The notes: generated from the sequence alone by a model not told the origin. A DNA stretch of 63,369 bases, filler included, from Octopus bimaculoides (GCF_001194135.2; 4 parts of 3 records of this genome joined end to end with filler, not necessarily neighbours in it), one strand, 5' to 3'; shown: positions 36,895 to 50,749, counted from the whole stretch's first letter. A program made the numbers and translations.

Positions 36895-37763
36895 TGTCAT
36901 TAAGAATAGCCTGGGCAAAGTTTAGAGAGCTCTTACCCCTGCTGGCGACAAAGGGACTCTCACTCAGAGTAAAAGGCAGACTGTATGACGCATGCGTACG
37001 AACAACCATGCTACATGGCAGTGAAACATGGGCTGTAACTGCTGAGGACATACGTAAGCTCGCAAGGAATGAAGCCAGTATGCTCCGTTGGATGTGTAAT
37101 GTCAATGTGAATACCCGTCAGAGTGTAAGTATCTTGAGAGAAAAGCTGAACATTAGAAGCATCAGTTGTGGCGTGCAAGAGAGACGATTGCGCTGGTATG
37201 GACATGTGGTGAGAATGGAGGAGGATAGCTGCGTGAAAAAGTGCCACACCCTAACAGTTGAGGGAACCCGTGGAAGNNNNNNNNNNNNNNNNNNNNNNNN
37301 NNNNNNNNNNNNNNNNNNNNNNNNNNNNNNNNNNNNNNNNNNNNNNNNNNNNNNNNNNNNNNNNNNNNNNNNNNNNNNNNNNNNNNNNNNNNNNNNNNNN
37401 NNNNNNNNNNNNNNNNNNNNNNNNNNNNNNNNNNNNNNNNNNNNNNNNNNNNNNNNNNNNNNNNNNNNNNNNNNNNNNNNNNNNNNNNNNNNNNNNNNNN
37501 NNNNNNNNNNNNNNNNNNNNNNNNNNNNNNNNNGGCACATAAAAGACACCATTTCGAGCGTGGCCGTTTTCGTGCGGGTGACACGTAAAAGCACCCACTA
37601 CACTCTCTGAGTGGTTGGCGTTAGGAAGGGCATCCAGCTGTAGAAACTCTGCCAAATCAGACTGGAGCCTGGTGTTGCCATCCGGTTTCACCAGTCCTCA
37701 GTCAAATCGTCCAACCCATGCTAGCATGGAAAGCGGACGTTAAACGATGATGATGATGATGAT
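36895..37763 (+). mobile_element. Young RTE LINE 3' portion (gap 37277-37533)
   Basis: Stop-free RIAWAKFRELLPLLATKGLSLRVKGRLYDACVRTTMLHGSETWA..ERRLRWYGHVVRM; canonical tail and (GAT)n. Confidence 0.92.
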
Positions 37764-37859
37764 TAAATTCCTGAAGCCATACTACTACTGCTACTGTTTT
37801 CCTCCACCATCTATAAAATCATTAATGATAGCATCCTTTAATTACTGATTTCAACAGCT

Positions 37860-40200
37860 TGAACTTGGGCAGGTCAGTTCCTGGAAGAAAAATTAATGTA
37901 AGGTAGAGTAAACTACAAAATTGCAATTCCTCTAAGAAAGTATTTGGTAAAATTTAAACTGGGAACATTAGTCTTGGCTCATAGACCTAACTAGTGAGGT
38001 CAATGCATTTGATGTTTTACAAGCCAATGTGCACAAGGAAATCATGAACAATATGTGCCACAATGTTGCAGTTCTTGCATGGAAACATTTAGCTAAGTGT
38101 TTAGTATGTAGTCTAGGAAAGGACAAGGCACAACAGAGAAGAGAGGTGGGGGATATACATCTAGATAATTGAGATGAACTGAAACTTAGAGTAGCAACAA
38201 TTTGGTTTGTGGTTTAGTGTGCTAGTCATTAATGGTCTTCCTATCTGTAAGATGGTTTATTATTTTTTTTAATGCTCTCTAGAATGTTTTGTGTGCAGTA
38301 GCTGTACGATATCAGCATTTTGAAGTAATTTAATTGGATGAGAAGGAGGTACTCTTAACCCTTACAGACCCTCTCATGCTGATGAGATTAGTTTCTTTGA
38401 AATTTTGTTGATTGATGCCTGTAAGGAGGGAAGGACAGCTGTAGTTATGAGGAGAATGAGTGAGTTTAAATGTTTAGTTTGGAGTGATATGATACATATG
38501 AGAAGAAGCAGGTGAATAGCATGTTGAGTCTTGCCAGTCAGCTGGATGGCCTGGTTTTGAATGTAGTTTCCAATATCTGTGTATGTGTGTATAGCAGTAG
38601 CACTGTTCTGTTTATGTGAGTATTTCAATGTGGATCTTGATATTGTAGATCAGAGTTGAAGTATTTTCTAGCCTTGGAGAGTGATTTTAGGGGTGCTTTC
38701 GTGATAGTATTATAAATGTGCATCCTCTGTAAAAAAATTTCCGAAATTGTGAGGCCTAGCACTTGTTGTGGGTTTAGTTGTATGTTGTTCATATGTAGAA
38801 CGAGTTTAGTGCATATAATGGTTGTGTCATGGGATTAGTGTCACATCCTCCTTTCTTCATAGAAGCAGTAAATATTCAGTGAGAGGTCACAGTTCCATTG
38901 AATAATGACTATTGCAGTAAGGAGTGAAAAGATGTGGCTAGACGTGACAAATAGATCATTTATATACAAAGAACTGTGTCAGACTTAACAACCTTGAAGT
39001 ACCCTAGAACTGGCAGAATGTAGACCAGTGAAGTACTCTATTCGAAAAAAGAGTCACAAACAATAAGTGGGAAGTTTTGCAAGGAGATTCTCATTTGCAG
39101 ATGCAATCAAAGGCTTTGCTTATGTCAAAAGCATCAACATTGCTTTTTACCAAGTGCAAAAGACTATCAGTGTGTGCTATAGAACACAAAACTCCATTAA
39201 ACTAGCTTTAGAGAAACTGATTGTCACTGAGAAAGTGGAGATATTGGAAATGAGGGGGACATAATGATTGTTGGCAGGGCCAGGGAGGTTGTGCTTTTTG
39301 GAAAAACAACTGTTATGCATATCTATAGATTTGGTTATCTGTTGGGAGACAAATACTGAAGATTCTTGCAAGAATAGGAACTAGCTCTGGAACACACTGA
39401 AGGTAATGGAATGGATACCATTTTGACTAACTAATTTTTTTAGATTGGAGAAACAGGAAAAATTTTAACACTTGGCAACTATATGTAATAGTAATCCGTA
39501 TGAAGTGGAGATAGAAAATTTGGGGAAAGCTTTGTTGAGTCCTTTGTTAAATTGAGAAATCTCTGCTACATTAGTACAGATTCTTTTGGCAAAGGACCTG
39601 GATGCTTGGTTACTGTTTCAGTAGTGTGGTGGCTTGCATGCTGTAAGATGTTCAAAGACATCCTTTGCTTTTTTGTAATGGTTGTCATGTTGGTGTTGTG
39701 GTAGAAGATGAACACTGCCAAGTTGGTTAATACAAATGGATTTCTGCTGGTGTTGGAGACAATATTTCTTACCTGTACAGTGGCTGAACATTTCTGAGCA
39801 AGCCATTTTGTTCATGAGATTGATTATTCATTTGCTTTCCCCTTCATCCAGAGTGTTGAGGGGGAGTAGTCATTGTGAAGTAGGTTTCCTTGATTAGACA
39901 GTAGTCAGATAATCTGATAGGTGCAGCGGCAGTGATGTTTGTGTTTCATTTGTGTTTGTAGCTAAAAATGAGTTCAAGATGTTTATATAGTTTGTGTTTC
40001 AGTCAAGGATATGGGTAGATGAAAAGACTAACTATTGTTGGTAGTTCAGCATAGCAAATAGCTTGGCCTCTGTGACAGCAATGTTAGTGAAGCAAGAGCA
40101 TAAAAACCAAGATGTATGTAATGAAATCATCAAGAAAATGACTTCTGAGAGAGTCCAGTTGAGACAGATGTCCTCAACATAGGATGAGAGATAGTCAAGC
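37860..40200 (-). mobile_element. Highly degenerate CR1/Jockey-group LINE (RT region)
   Basis: Minus strand DAFDISKAFDCI..ENLLAKLP (about 39060-39140) and SSRVLQG..LYINDL (about 38950-39010). Confidence 0.6.
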
Positions 40201-40212
40201 AAATGACTGGTG

Positions 40213-40521
40213 TATGGAGATTCCGATTCTGAAAAAAAAATTTTTGAAAAATTTCCATTCTTCCCCCCACCAAGCAGGCTATTTACATGCTAGAAATAAC
40301 AGCCAAATCTCGCAAAACTAGTGTTAGGGTTAGGTTTAGGGTTAGGGTCAGGGTTAGGGTTTGAGTTAGGGTTAGGTTTACCCTGTGGATCTATATAAAA
40401 ACNNNNNNNNNNNNNNNNNNNNNNNNNNNNNNNNNNNNNNNNNNNNNNNNNNNNNNNNNNNAAATCGAAATTTTGAAATTGAGATTTTTGAAATTTTTTT
40501 TTCAGAATCGGAATCTCCATA
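40213..40521. mobile_element. MITE with 31-bp perfect terminal inverted repeats and internal TTAGGG-like array
   Basis: TATGGAGATTCCGATTCTG(A)9TTT at 40213-40243 and its exact reverse complement at 40491-40521; TA at both ends; degenerate (TTAGGG)n at 40323-40380. Confidence 0.85.
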
Positions 40522-41804
40522 GCCTAAAACGTAGGATTCCGTAAAAAAAATAAATTAAATAAAACAAGGGGGGAAAGGTTCAGATTACATATAGTCCATC
40601 TGGACCATTTGTGGGACAGTATTGAGCTTAGTGGAATGGTGGGGAGTCTGATTGTTTTTTTTTTAGTCTGATTAATGTATAACTCAGAAAAGTAACTAAT
40701 AGGGTGAGTAAATTCCAAGTGTGGCTGGTGTTGAGCTAGTAGTTGGAATACAGGGTTATAGTCTTCTATAGCAGAAGAGTATAGGTGAACTACAAGTAAT
40801 ACTCTAAAGTAGGTCACACATGGTCTTGTACAGATATGGTCAACAATTGTTCAGTGTTGTTTGGTTTTCCTTAATCAGATACTTTCATCAATGACTAATT
40901 AATCCTATTAGTTTCAGGACAGTGCACCATCAAATTTTATTCATAATAGGATTTAAGTTCATTTCTGTTTGAGAACTGAACGATCATAAATGTGCTTCTG
41001 CTGTTTACTGTGGTAAGCTTCACTTATACATGGTTCCTACTTATAACCACTTGGAGAGAGTCAGATGCCTTGGAATTAGACAAAAAGCAATATTTGTGAT
41101 GGAACACAAACTGAACCTTTTCTTTGGTCAGCCCTGACTCTCTTTTGAATATTGTATATGTCATTTTCATGTTAGTATACTTCCAGATATACTTACGTTT
41201 TTATACATATCTACTTTCAAATAAATTCATTTAGCTACTTTGAAATGCAGTGGAATGAGCCTCTTAAATAGCAAATAACCAGTTGATAACATTTATCAGT
41301 GATATAACAATATCCTGAATATGTTTGGAACTCACTCTTTCTGATAACAATAATTGATACTGTTATCTATGATTAATAAGCTGCTGCTATTATACTCTCG
41401 GGTCACCGTGTTGTTGGTATACTTCCGAGTATGCTCATTTCAGTAATTAAAAAATTCAGTGAAAAATATCTGAAATTTAAAGAAAACAACTTTTTTTCAA
41501 ATTTCCAGAAGTTCACTTTCAAATTATTTGAATCTAATCTAATTCTATGACTAATATGACTAATTGCAAATGGATTAAACAAATATTGATTATATTTGAT
41601 GATAATGTCTTTATGAGCTAGCAGATAGGAGATATTGGAACTACTACCATCTGTGTATTTCATTCTCCCCTAATAAAATTTCTTTTTCTGTATATCTTAA
41701 ATGTCTGAACAAAAGATTAGTTTTTTAAGTAGGGTGGGAACATTGAAATAATAAAATTATAGTTAGGTATTATAAAAACATTAATTTCAAGCATATATTC
41801 CAAT

Positions 41805-41859
<55 letters not shown>

Positions 41860-42764
41860 TATGTATATATATATATATGCGAGTAAAAATAAATACAAAA
41901 AAAAAGGGGGGGGTTTGTATGATTGTGTATAGAGGAATATATTATTTTGTTTAAAAGAGTTCCAACACTGTCTGTTTTTTATGTTCTATTTATATTCCTG
42001 CAAAACCAATGTGGGATATAGAATATGGAATATACAATATATAATATAATATACAATATATAATATAAAATAAAAATGGATGGTACTATGAAATAAAGTA
42101 TTGAATGTCTTATTGAATATATGGAATATGTCTTATTGAATAGAAATATTGAGTGTTCAATATAAAGGATTAAATATATAAAGGCGAATATGTATGAATT
42201 TGTATTTTCTATACCTTGTGGTATTTCATATTTTCTATACCTTGTGGTATTTCATCATGGCCGGTATGACAGACTTTAACAGACAGAGAGAGAGAGAGAG
42301 AGACTGAGTAGTAAATGTAACTATGGTGTTTTGGTGGTCTGATGAGTTAGCTCTCTTTATTTGCATTAATTTGTGAATATACAGTTGTATAATGCTGCGC
42401 ATATCCATATTAATACAAATGTACATATAATTTTTGTATACTAAAGATAATGCTACATGAAGAAGGTTGTGAAATGGCTGTAATCATATGGAAGTCATGG
42501 AAAAATAATCTATCTTCAATTGTCATACCTGACTTTTATGCTTTACATATATATTCTTAGCAGTATCTAGTTTTTATTTATTTACTTTGTTGTTTATCAA
42601 CATAGCAAAGTACTTTTGCAATGTATGCGCTATGTCTATTTTTGTTGTAGATTTTGGAGTATATTAATAGCTAGTTGTGATAAATGTCTTCAGAATGTTC
42701 TTAATAAGAAATTTATATTTTTTGATATTTTTTTTATTGTAACTAGATGTCTATATTTTAGCAC

Positions 42765-42925
42765 AATGTTTATTTCTTTGTTGCCCACAGGGGGCTAAAC
42801 ATAGAAGGGACAAACAAGGACAGACAAAAGGATTAAGTTGATTACATCGGCGGATTTGAACTCAGAACGTAAAGACAGATGAAATACTGCTGAACATGCT
42901 AATGATTCTGCCAGCTCGCTGCCCT
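42765..42925 (-). mobile_element. Second tRNA-derived SINE family, internally shortened copy
   Basis: Reverse complement GGCAGCGAGCTGGCAGAATCATTAGC..GAGTTCAAATCCGCCGATGTAATC..TGTTTAGCCCCCTGTGGGCAACAAAGAAATA; older relatives near 33705-33840, 45900-46060 and 47290-47410. Confidence 0.7.
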
Positions 42926-45365
42926 ATTGTGCTAATGAAATAGATTTAATTAGCACAATATTAAATCTATTTTAATATGATGTTAAAACATTGGAAACAT
43001 ATCTTATCCTTAAATAGTTATTTTTCTTTTTCCTAGAGATAGGGTACATCTTCAATATTTCGGGGAGTTCTGTCATCTAAACCAATTGATCTTATGCCTT
43101 GATTTTTATTTGTTAAGTTAATCAACAATACTCCATCCATATCTTTCAAAATTTTCTTTTTTGAGTGAAAGTAACACCTTAAATATTTTCACTTTATTGT
43201 CCTCTGTTACCATACCCATTTCTTTAATTCTTTTTCATGTGGCTCTGAATTTCACTAAGAGTATCAAAATACTCTGATAATTATTATCATTATATCTCCT
43301 ATAATTCTGTTGTTATTTAAAACATCAACTGTTATTTAAACATCAAAATAGTTAAAGCAATTAACCACTTTCACCTTCTCATATCTTCTTGCTTAAAAAT
43401 TGCGATTGTTTTAGAAACATCTTTAAGTCTTCTTGCCCAGAGAATATGTTTGTGAAACAGTCAACATATGAACTCTTTCTTATGTAACAAATACCAAGAC
43501 AGTTTGAGTAGTACAAAATCTTTGTAGATAATTAAAAACAAGAAAAAAGAAGCACAAGACCACATGCTAAATTTTCATAACTCAATCTTTTGGGATGATT
43601 ATGAAAATAATTTTTTAAAACCAAATCTGTTCTTTGTCCAATCAAGAGAAACAGTCACTTCTCAGTAGTTTTGAGATAACAAAGATCTGTTAGCCTAACT
43701 GTAACTAGCCCTATTTTGTTAGTTACTAAGATATTTAACTCTTAAAAAAACCTACTCAATCCATGCTATAGTTGATGAGTGTTTCTTGTGTTTGTAGCTG
43801 AGTTCGAAGCCTATATGAAATTTTTAGTAGTGCCCCAATTATTCAATATATTCTCTATTTACTTTTAATTTTTAGTTTTTTTTTTTTCCATAGATTGTTT
43901 CATTTCATACACAATTTCACCAATGCAAGCATCTGTTGGATATTTACCGAAATTTGAAGAGTCGCAATTTTGCTTTTAATGGCTTTGCCAGAGAAGGAAG
44001 GTCAATAGTGCCTATGACTTTTGCAATGATTGGATGGGACAAAAGAAGGAAGAAACCATGACTCATGGATTACCCAAAGACTGGAGACCTGATCTGAATG
44101 CTTGCAATAATAGTACCCAACGGTTTGGTGGCTTGGTGGTGGTAGGTCTACCACACAAAGTTGATGACCTGTAGGTGCTAATCTATCAACTCAAGGATTA
44201 AAAATTTTAAACTGATGACTGGCATTATACTTCTGGTAAAGACACTTAGTTTTCACTGGCTCAATCCAAGAAGCTGTAAATAAGTAACATAAGGAGGTAC
44301 GTTTTGATACCATAAAATTTAATGAGTATTTTGTTAGCATACATAGTTGTACTTGAATACTTGTATGTAAATCACTCTAGTGGATTCCACCTTGAAATAT
44401 ATTACATAATAACAACTCCGTTGTTTTATTTTACACTAATTATTAGGGAAAACTTGTTTATGTTTTAGTTTCATTCCTTATTCTAACTATTTGACTTTAG
44501 TTATATTTGATGATGTGCATTTAGTGTAGCATGTTTTAAATTTAGAATTTTAGTCATTATTTTTTTTTTGCCTTAGCAACCACTCTTTAAACTTGATATA
44601 ATTCTGTCTTAGAGAGGTCTCTGTGAATATACTCTGGTAGTTAACATTCTCATGGAAAAACACAAATTTTAACAATTTCAGAGCAGTTATGATATTTATA
44701 CTTTCCTGAAGAGGATTAGTGATTTATGTATAATCAAAGAGCTATAACAAAAAATTGAAACTAGGTTATGGACTTGTTAACATACCTTCCATTCTATAGT
44801 TCTTCTCATTGAATAAGATTTGAACCAAACCAATATTTTATACTATTTATTTTATTAACTGTTATGAATGGTTGTCAGTTTGTATTTTGATAATATGTAA
44901 CTAGTGATAGGAAGGCTATCCAGCTGTGAAATTCATGCCAAAAATGAATGAATGAATGAATGAATGAAAGAAGCATGGACTCTGCAATCTGTATGCAAGC
45001 AATTCACTGGGGAGAGTAGAAACTATGATGAAATTATACTGGATTGTGGTGACATTTTAGTTCTGCTATAAATTGCTTATTTGTTGCCGGTGGTTTGTAA
45101 AGTGATTGGAAATAAGAAAAGCTTTGGCTGTTTAAAACCATGCAAAGAAAAAGTTGGGACAAATACACAACAAAGATGGGCAATTTTTCTTTGTTGCTGT
45201 ATGTGTCACATGACATAGGCCATTGGAGTGTGTTAAGACAAAATAAGATCCGTCTAATCCATGATAGCGTGCAAAAACAGATGTAAAATGATAACGATGT
45301 TAGCACCATTATTGTTATAACGTACACTTTTCCATGCTTACTTGGGTCAAATGAAACTCTGTTCA

Positions 45366-45554
45366 TTCAAATTTTTCTACAACTGGATGCTTTTTCTGTT
45401 GCCAACTTTTTACCTGTTTCTAAACAAGGTAATATCTTGCCTAGTCTATTGAACAGCTTGCACACTCTTTCACAAAGGATTGTAATAAACAAAGAACACT
45501 GTCTGTATGGGTGGTGACTCTCGTTCACAATTAGTGTGCTGTCAAGACAGAAGG

Positions 45555-45611
<57 letters not shown>

Positions 45612-45760
45612 GATTTCTTCCAGTTCCTGGCTACCAAATTCCACTCGCAAAGTATTAGTCACTCTTTGGCTATAATAGAAGACACCAGCCAACAGTGTCC
45701 TGCAATGGGGACAAACTATAATATACATAGATCTGAGGCGAACTTCTCAACTGTACCTCC
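45366..45760 (-). mobile_element. Old SINE head joined to RTE-like tail, with central (CA)n
   Basis: Diverged match to the SINE body (CTATAATAGAAGACAC) at 45670-45690 and to the RTE tail motif (CTACAACTGGATGCTTTTTC) at 45377-45400. Confidence 0.5.
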
Positions 45761-47926
45761 AATCATTTGTATATTGACTAGGTTTGATATTTTGGTTATA
45801 TTTTAATTATACATTAAGACAGATGCCAAAAACACTAGCACGTAAAATTATTTATTTAGAGGCACAAGGTCAACAGACTTGTAGGATGGAGTTAGTTGAT
45901 TAAACTCACTGCTGTACTTGACTGGTACATTTTATCAACACTGAAGAGATGAACAAAAATTGACCATGCTGAGATTTGAACTCTGCATATAAAGAACCAG
46001 AATAAATACTGTAAAACACTTTTTCTATTGCTCTAATGAATCTGCTGGTGTTTAAAATTAGACTGAGTAATACTGTAATTGAACAATATGATTTTGTAGC
46101 CTTTCTGAGGCCTTTATAGAAGTGCATGTTAATAGCGTACTGCTATATGAGTCTTATCAAGAATTAAGTGTATTTCAGTATGTATATTAATCTATGAATA
46201 TTCCATTCTCTGAACACCATACAATACTTGTGGAATTAGACACATTTTTTTCTTTGATTTCTGTAGTGTTGTGTTTTTGTGAGAATAGTTTCTCAAACCT
46301 TTGCCCAACCCTCACTTTTGAAGAAAGTCTTTGTTTTCTAAAGACAGTATTGAACTAACAAAACTCTTTCACAATGCTCTGACTCTTTGTCATATTCTAA
46401 CCCTCTGTGTAACTTTTGAGCTTGGTCTTGTCTTTTAATAATGAAGTATTTTGGATATAGACATCATGCAGTGTCAGTTACAAGATACATTTAACTTTTT
46501 GCTTGTTTTTATGATACTCTACTAACTCATCTATATCTGTATTTTAGTTGCTAATAAATCTCTTATATTGATTAAATTACAACCACTCTTTTAATAGGAA
46601 AAATTGTATACTTACTACAATTTTTTTACAGGAAGATTTTTCCCTGGGTTAAATGATGTTTATACATTTAATTTCCAATTTGTGTAACTTTTCTAATTTG
46701 TCTAATTTGTATCCTTCATTCTCTAATGGTACTTCTAAATTAATTTAAAATAATACCAAGCACTAAAAGACTGTTAGAATTTATGAAGAAATCAGGTATT
46801 ATGTTGACTTAACCATGTAAAAGTTCTCAGTTTATCATCTTCAACAGTACTGAATAAATATAAAAGGATACTAGAATCAACATAATTTGGTAGATACTGA
46901 ATTAAACTTATAATTTGAAGAAAGGTTTTTTTTTTTTGATATATCTGTAGAAAGTAGCATTATAAATATCTGAGCAACCTTTGTATTTGAAGAAGTATGA
47001 ACAGAGATGTTAGGAAGCTCTATCTCACAGTATAAGATGACTATTTCACAGTAAATAAAAATTAGCTTTATGAATAATTCATGAAGTTGAAGTCTTCAAT
47101 AATAAAAGAATCTTGAAAGCTACATTTTGATAAAAATATATTAAAATTGGAATTTATTAGAATTTTCTAGACAGTTCAGACTTTGATAATAACTTTCTTT
47201 TAGTAAAAGTTACATATTCCAAACTAATTAATAAGCAGCTTTCTTTATTGTAATATATCATCTATCTACACTTGTGAATGATAATCTCATTGGATATTGA
47301 ACCTATCGAAGTCAGTGAGTCCTTAGAGTGGTTGACAGAATACCTTGCTGTGTTTAGTTACAACCTTTTAATTTCTGATCTTGATTGACTTTGTTGTTCA
47401 TCCTTCTCTGTACTATGCACTCTCAAATATTGGGCTTGACTTATCTGATATATGTCACTTGTGTATGGTCGTCCTGCTGAAATTGGCAATTACCAGACAA
47501 TGTTTACCTGTGTACTACATCTGAGATGTGCAGCATAACTGCCCATTGTCATTATGTGATCTTAGGAGAGGAAAATGCTGTAAGAAAGGTTGCATTTACT
47601 GGCAAGTCATTGATTCATTGCACACATCTTTTACAACTGAAATGGTTTTGATATGATTGTCTATATTTGTGTATGTATTGTTATAATAATACACTACATG
47701 GTGGTGCCCCAGCATGACTGCAGCTTTAAAGCTAAAATACTTCAGAGATATTTGAAGTTATAGTATTTATTTCAGTACCTCAATGATAATCTGCAAAAAT
47801 ATATACCATAAATATACAATGTCCATTTCAGTTCCCTACATAAAACTGGGCTCATAATTATTCAAATGAAATTAATAACAATCTGTATTTTCTATTTTTT
47901 ACAGGGAGTTGCTCTACTAAAGTAGT

Positions 47927-48867
47927 ATGAATCCCACTTTAAGTCTTGAGCAGTTACTAACTGCTACTCAACAACAACAACAGTATGAAGACAACGTTAG
48001 ACAAATGCAATTAAGTACGCCACCACCCAGTCAGACCAGTGCCTTTTCTGAGCCAGAGTCACTCATTCCATCATTGTTATCTCAGCTTTTAGCGCCTCCA
48101 TCACCTCCTTTAGTGTCTATGGCATCAGGTTCAATACCAGAGTGTTCAGAAGTTACAATGTCCACACAACACTTACAACCTTCCTATTCACAACCACTGG
48201 AACCATCTGAAACATCCATCTCATCAACTGATCAGCCAGAATTAAAAATCCCCTCACTATTAGAAACACCGGATTCATCTACATTACTGTCTTCGTCTGA
48301 TTCACTGACATCAACACCAATGCATCAGTCAGTTTCATCGTTAACATCACTGCTGTTATCATCATCGCCACCACCTATAAGTAAACCTGAGGCTTCGGTT
48401 TCCTACTCAACTGCCTCATCTCAGTTATCAGGATTGTTATCAACAACTGTTCCTCAGTCTACAGATACTACACCAATATCACTGCCATCGTCATCGGTTA
48501 CACTTGTGTCTACATCTACATCCTCACCGTCAGTAACAGCTACATCGACAACTATAACAACAACAACAACAACAACAACAACAACCATATCGACAACATC
48601 ATCATCATCATCATCATCGTCACCAATTACTGTGCAATCGCCAGAAGCAGCAATTGCCTCCATAATGTCTGCTTCGAGTCGTATGATATTGCAACATCAA
48701 GCTGCCGGACTTTTATCTCCTGCGGCCGCGCAACAGTATTTGGAAATGATGCGGACACGAGCAACAAACTACGCCACAGCGACAACTGCAGTGCATCAAA
48801 AGTTACTTGACGATCTCAATGAAGAACTAGGGAAACTGGCTAATGATGGTGTTGAAGAGAGTGTCAG
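47927..48867 (+). CDS. First coding exon of an unidentified host gene; Ser/Thr/Pro-rich disordered N-terminus, phase-2 donor
   Basis: Acceptor TTTTCTATTTTTTACAG|G (exon starts 47905); in-frame TAA at 47918 before ATG 47927; 313 open codons; donor CAG|GTAGAT at 48867/48868; GC higher than flanks; no transposon similarity recognised. Confidence 0.8.
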
Positions 48868-49081
48868 GTAGATATGAAATTTTGTTTCTCCCTCTTTTCT
48901 ATTGATTTATGTTGAGCATGACGGCAAGAATGTACCATATATCCTGTTAATTATATAGGATTCTTGGGATCTACCTTGTTCCATCATTATGTCTTTCTTT
49001 CAGAGGTATTACCTGAAGAAAGGGTATTGTTGTTCTTTGCAAGAATACTATGGTTTTTTTTGTGGGGTGGTGGGGTCTATA

Positions 49082-49244
49082 CATCATCATCATCATCATC
49101 GTTTAACGTCCGCTTTCCATGCTAGCATGGGTTGGACAATTTGACTGAGGACTGGTGAAACCAGATGGTTACACCAGGCTCCAATCTGATTTGGCAGAGT
49201 TTCTACAGCTGGATGCCCTTCCTAACGCCAACCACTCAGAGAGT
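49082..49244 (-). mobile_element. Young RTE 3' tail
   Basis: Near-identical to the tails at 37610-37763 and 50750-50905. Confidence 0.9.
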
Positions 49245-49403
49245 TGCCATGTTGACTTGGCGATAACTATTAATTTCCAGTACTGCTGCCGTAGTCTCCT
49301 TTAGAGAGACTTAGAAATATTAATAACTCTATTATATATATATATATATATATATNNNNNNNNNNNNNNNNNNNNNNNNNNNNNNNNNNNNNNNNNNNNN
49401 NNN

Positions 49404-49620
49404 TGTGTGTGTGTGTGTTTGTCCCCCCACTATCGCTTGACAACCGGTGCTGGTGTGTTTACGTCCCCATAACCTAGCGGTTCAGTAAAAAGAGACTGAT
49501 AGAATAACTACAAGGCTTACAAAAAGTAAGTCCTGGGGTCGATTTTCTCGACCAAAGGTGGTGCTCCAGCATAGCCACAGTCAAATGACTGAAACAAGTA
49601 AAAGAGTAAAAGAGAGAGAG
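49404..49620 (+). mobile_element. SINE 3' half
   Basis: Matches the SINE tail at 13095-13307. Confidence 0.85.
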
Positions 49621-49749
49621 TTCTTTACTCTTCATGTTAACAGAACTCATTGAGACATACTGAACACTTCTCAGAAGAGAAATGTGTTTGTCAAACACAG
49701 CAGATGTTACAAGATATTGAGTGATGACATTGAAAAAGTCATGTTTGCA

Positions 49750-50200
49750 ATTATATAGTCAGTAACCCCAGTACTTTAATTTTCTCCTGTTTTCCTTGTC
49801 TAAGTCTTTCAAATGTTCAAAGCATTTCAAATGCTCTACACTTCCCTATACAACCAACATCATCCTTCACATGCTTCACATATCCTTATCAATGCAGTCT
49901 TCTCTCTTGCACACTACATCAAATTCCTTGTATATCTAGCTTTTCTCTAAGCTCATTTGCATTCCACTGTTCATGTACACTAACATTATATATCCAGTAG
50001 AGCATGCTCACTTCATTTCTTTCCTGTTGTCACAAATGTTCCACTTTCAAGGACTATATCTCGCTACTATGCAGCATCACACTTCATACACTAGCGTTAT
50101 ACAATCTGCCCTTCACTTTGTGAGAAAAACCCTTTGTTGACTATAGAAGTAACTGCTACCTGAACGTTTTCTTTCTCTTACTTATTCTAGCTAGTAGACT
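49750..50200 (-). mobile_element. Old RTE C-terminal fragment
   Basis: Reverse complement resembles KGFFSQSEGQIV*R*CMKCDAA and CSARERLH*. Confidence 0.55.
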
Positions 50201-50749
50201 TTATGTGTACCCACAGCTACTGTTGATTTTGTAACAAAAGCTATGAACTATTTCTTGTTGGTCTTCTGAGCATTTGAAGAATTTATTTTGTTTGTTTTCT
50301 CATTACTAACTATTCCTGTATATCTGGCAAATGCAAAATCAATTTTCTCTATTAACTTGCTTCTTATTCTCTAAAATATAATTTAGAAAAATCTCTCTGG
50401 CAAATTATGAAAGATTTGAAAATATCTCACTAGTGACCTCAGAGCCATAGGTGAATAACTAGGACATGTAAAGTAATGTTTTCTTGGAATTTGAAATATT
50501 AAAATGGTTTAAAAGGATGACTGACATACCGCTCAAAATGTTGTGTGATGATATTGTTTGTGGTTAGTGAATGTCTCTTTGGTTGTGTGGGAAAAATTAT
50601 ATGAAATAAACTAATATTCAATCTGATGTCAATCCCTATGAATGTATGTCCAATTATATTGTCATCTAAAACAAGAAATATTACCTTTCCTGTCTCAGTT
50701 TACTTTGTTGGGAAGCAACGCTACTCCTTAGAATGATGTTGCAGTAGAG

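Noticed and set aside
37590-37660. Twister or HDV-like ribozyme at the RTE GGAAGGGCATCC motif
   Set aside because: No twister core was found next to any copy, and I could not build the nested double pseudoknot on either strand.
40323-40380. True telomere or chromosome-fusion scar
   Set aside because: The array is short, degenerate, single-orientation and enclosed by transposon TIRs.
49013-49050. CTGAAGA followed by a short stem
   Set aside because: Followed by GCAA rather than GAAA, with no stem I or III; a chance match.
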